Assembly (NCBI RefSeq): GCF_006345805.1
Contig: NC_042999.1
Location: 34,906,001 to 34,970,000, forward strand
Reading direction: 5' to 3'
Length of the DNA stretch: 64,000 bases
From: Octopus sinensis
Taxonomy: Eukaryota
Shown: in pieces, positions 62,930 through 64,000 of the stretch
Position numbering within the stretch: position 1 is the stretch's first letter
Layout: each line of letters starts with the position of its first letter
The notes under the pieces: generated by a model
The model's input: the letters and a program-made list of their open reading frames with translations, nothing else
What the model was told of the DNA's origin: nothing
Databases searched by the model: none
Translations under genes and position numbers: made by a program

Positions 62930-63320
62930 AGGCCTCTTTGTCTCTTGTTTTATAATTTATTTAGATGTAAGAATTTGATCAATTTCGTCTATGCAGAATT
63001 CACATCTTTTTCTGAATGCTATGAAGTTTTGCTCGGTTAATTATTTCCAACCTAAGTGTATATTCCCTATTTTTATCCTTAATGGCCCAAATTAGTTTTC
63101 TAAGACTAATGCGTGCTTCTTTTCACCTATCCCTAAAGGTGTTTTCATGGTTCGCAATCCTTCTTTTTACATCATTTTTAGTAGAACCTATATAGTAGTA
63201 ATCCTGTCTCTCTGATGTTACCTTACATCTATATATGACACATTTTCCCTACAAAAATTTCTTAATGAACGTCGATCTTCCTTGGCACAATCACAGGTTT
63301 TATTTTTAGGAGCGTTCCCT
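62930..63320 (-). pseudogene. Penelope-like GIY-YIG endonuclease relic
   Basis: KTCDC..VIYRCKVTSERQDYYYIGSTKNDVKRRIANHENTF..LIWAIKDKNREY.LR.EII: IY-YIG-R-H pattern with stops; sequence to 64000 is probably more of the same element. Confidence 0.8.
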
Positions 63321-64000
63321 ATTTTCTTTCCAAATCTTTTGCGCTTGTGTACTATGTCCCCTGAGTTACTCTGGTTGTATTTATTTACTATGTTAGGGGT
63401 CTTAACTATTAACCAATATATTTTATCATTGCTTATCTTTATAAATTCTAATTTCTATATCGCTTTCTCTTTCACGATCGTTACTACTATTACAAATACC
63501 AGCAGTTATATTTGTATTATTAGTATTTGTGTTTCATCTATCGTGTTTGTTATTATTATCATACTTATTATTTTTCCTTATTAGTTAGCTTATATCTTTG
63601 TATTCCAGTGGGGAGTCACTAAGGGTTACTGCCCTTCCTTCGTTTCTCGTGTATCTAATACGACCAATACGTTTTTCGTTATTTTAGTCATTTAATAATT
63701 CATTTATATTTTCTTTACCCTTTTTATTATGGAAATAATTTAATCTTTTGGTATTTTATATAGCTATAATTTGTGCCATGTTTCGTGAAGTACAAAAACC
63801 AGTTCTTAACTTGTGCGTGTCTATGATTTTATGGTATTTGTTTTCCTCAGAAAAATGCGTACAGACCGCTGTGTAAAATAATTTCACTATATTGTTTTAA
63901 TTTGTTTTGCAAAAGGTATTATGAACCATGTCACATTATCTTAAGAATAACTTTCAAGGGGGTTAATTTCATTTATATATGGATGTGATTTTTTACAGAT

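Overview
AT-rich, microsatellite-laden eukaryotic DNA made up mostly of transposon relics. The tRNA-derived SINE families, Dong/R4 LINEs in (TAA)n, Penelope-like relics and repeat landscape look like a coleoid cephalopod (octopus-type) genome; this is inferred from recognition, not from a search. I find no intact host gene, only one candidate internal exon (42688-42852, minus), and no CRISPR or prokaryotic system. Main content: a near full-length but disabled Dong/R4 element (2790-6108) beside a non-coding companion repeat; three Tc1/mariner-superfamily relics (9064-13548); an apparently ORF1-only L1/Tx1-like element (18850-20345); a 1.35-kb foldback element abutting a Helitron helicase fragment; and a Helitron with both termini (43534-49249) carrying a young, GC-rich CR1-group LINE. 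It also holds several Penelope-like GIY-YIG and hammerhead-like relics, an isolated 18S-ITS1 rDNA fragment between two decayed LINEs, many SINEs, and several near-perfect hairpins. Most ORFs in the supplied track are microsatellite or antisense artefacts. All family assignments come from motifs read by eye and need HMM/BLAST confirmation.
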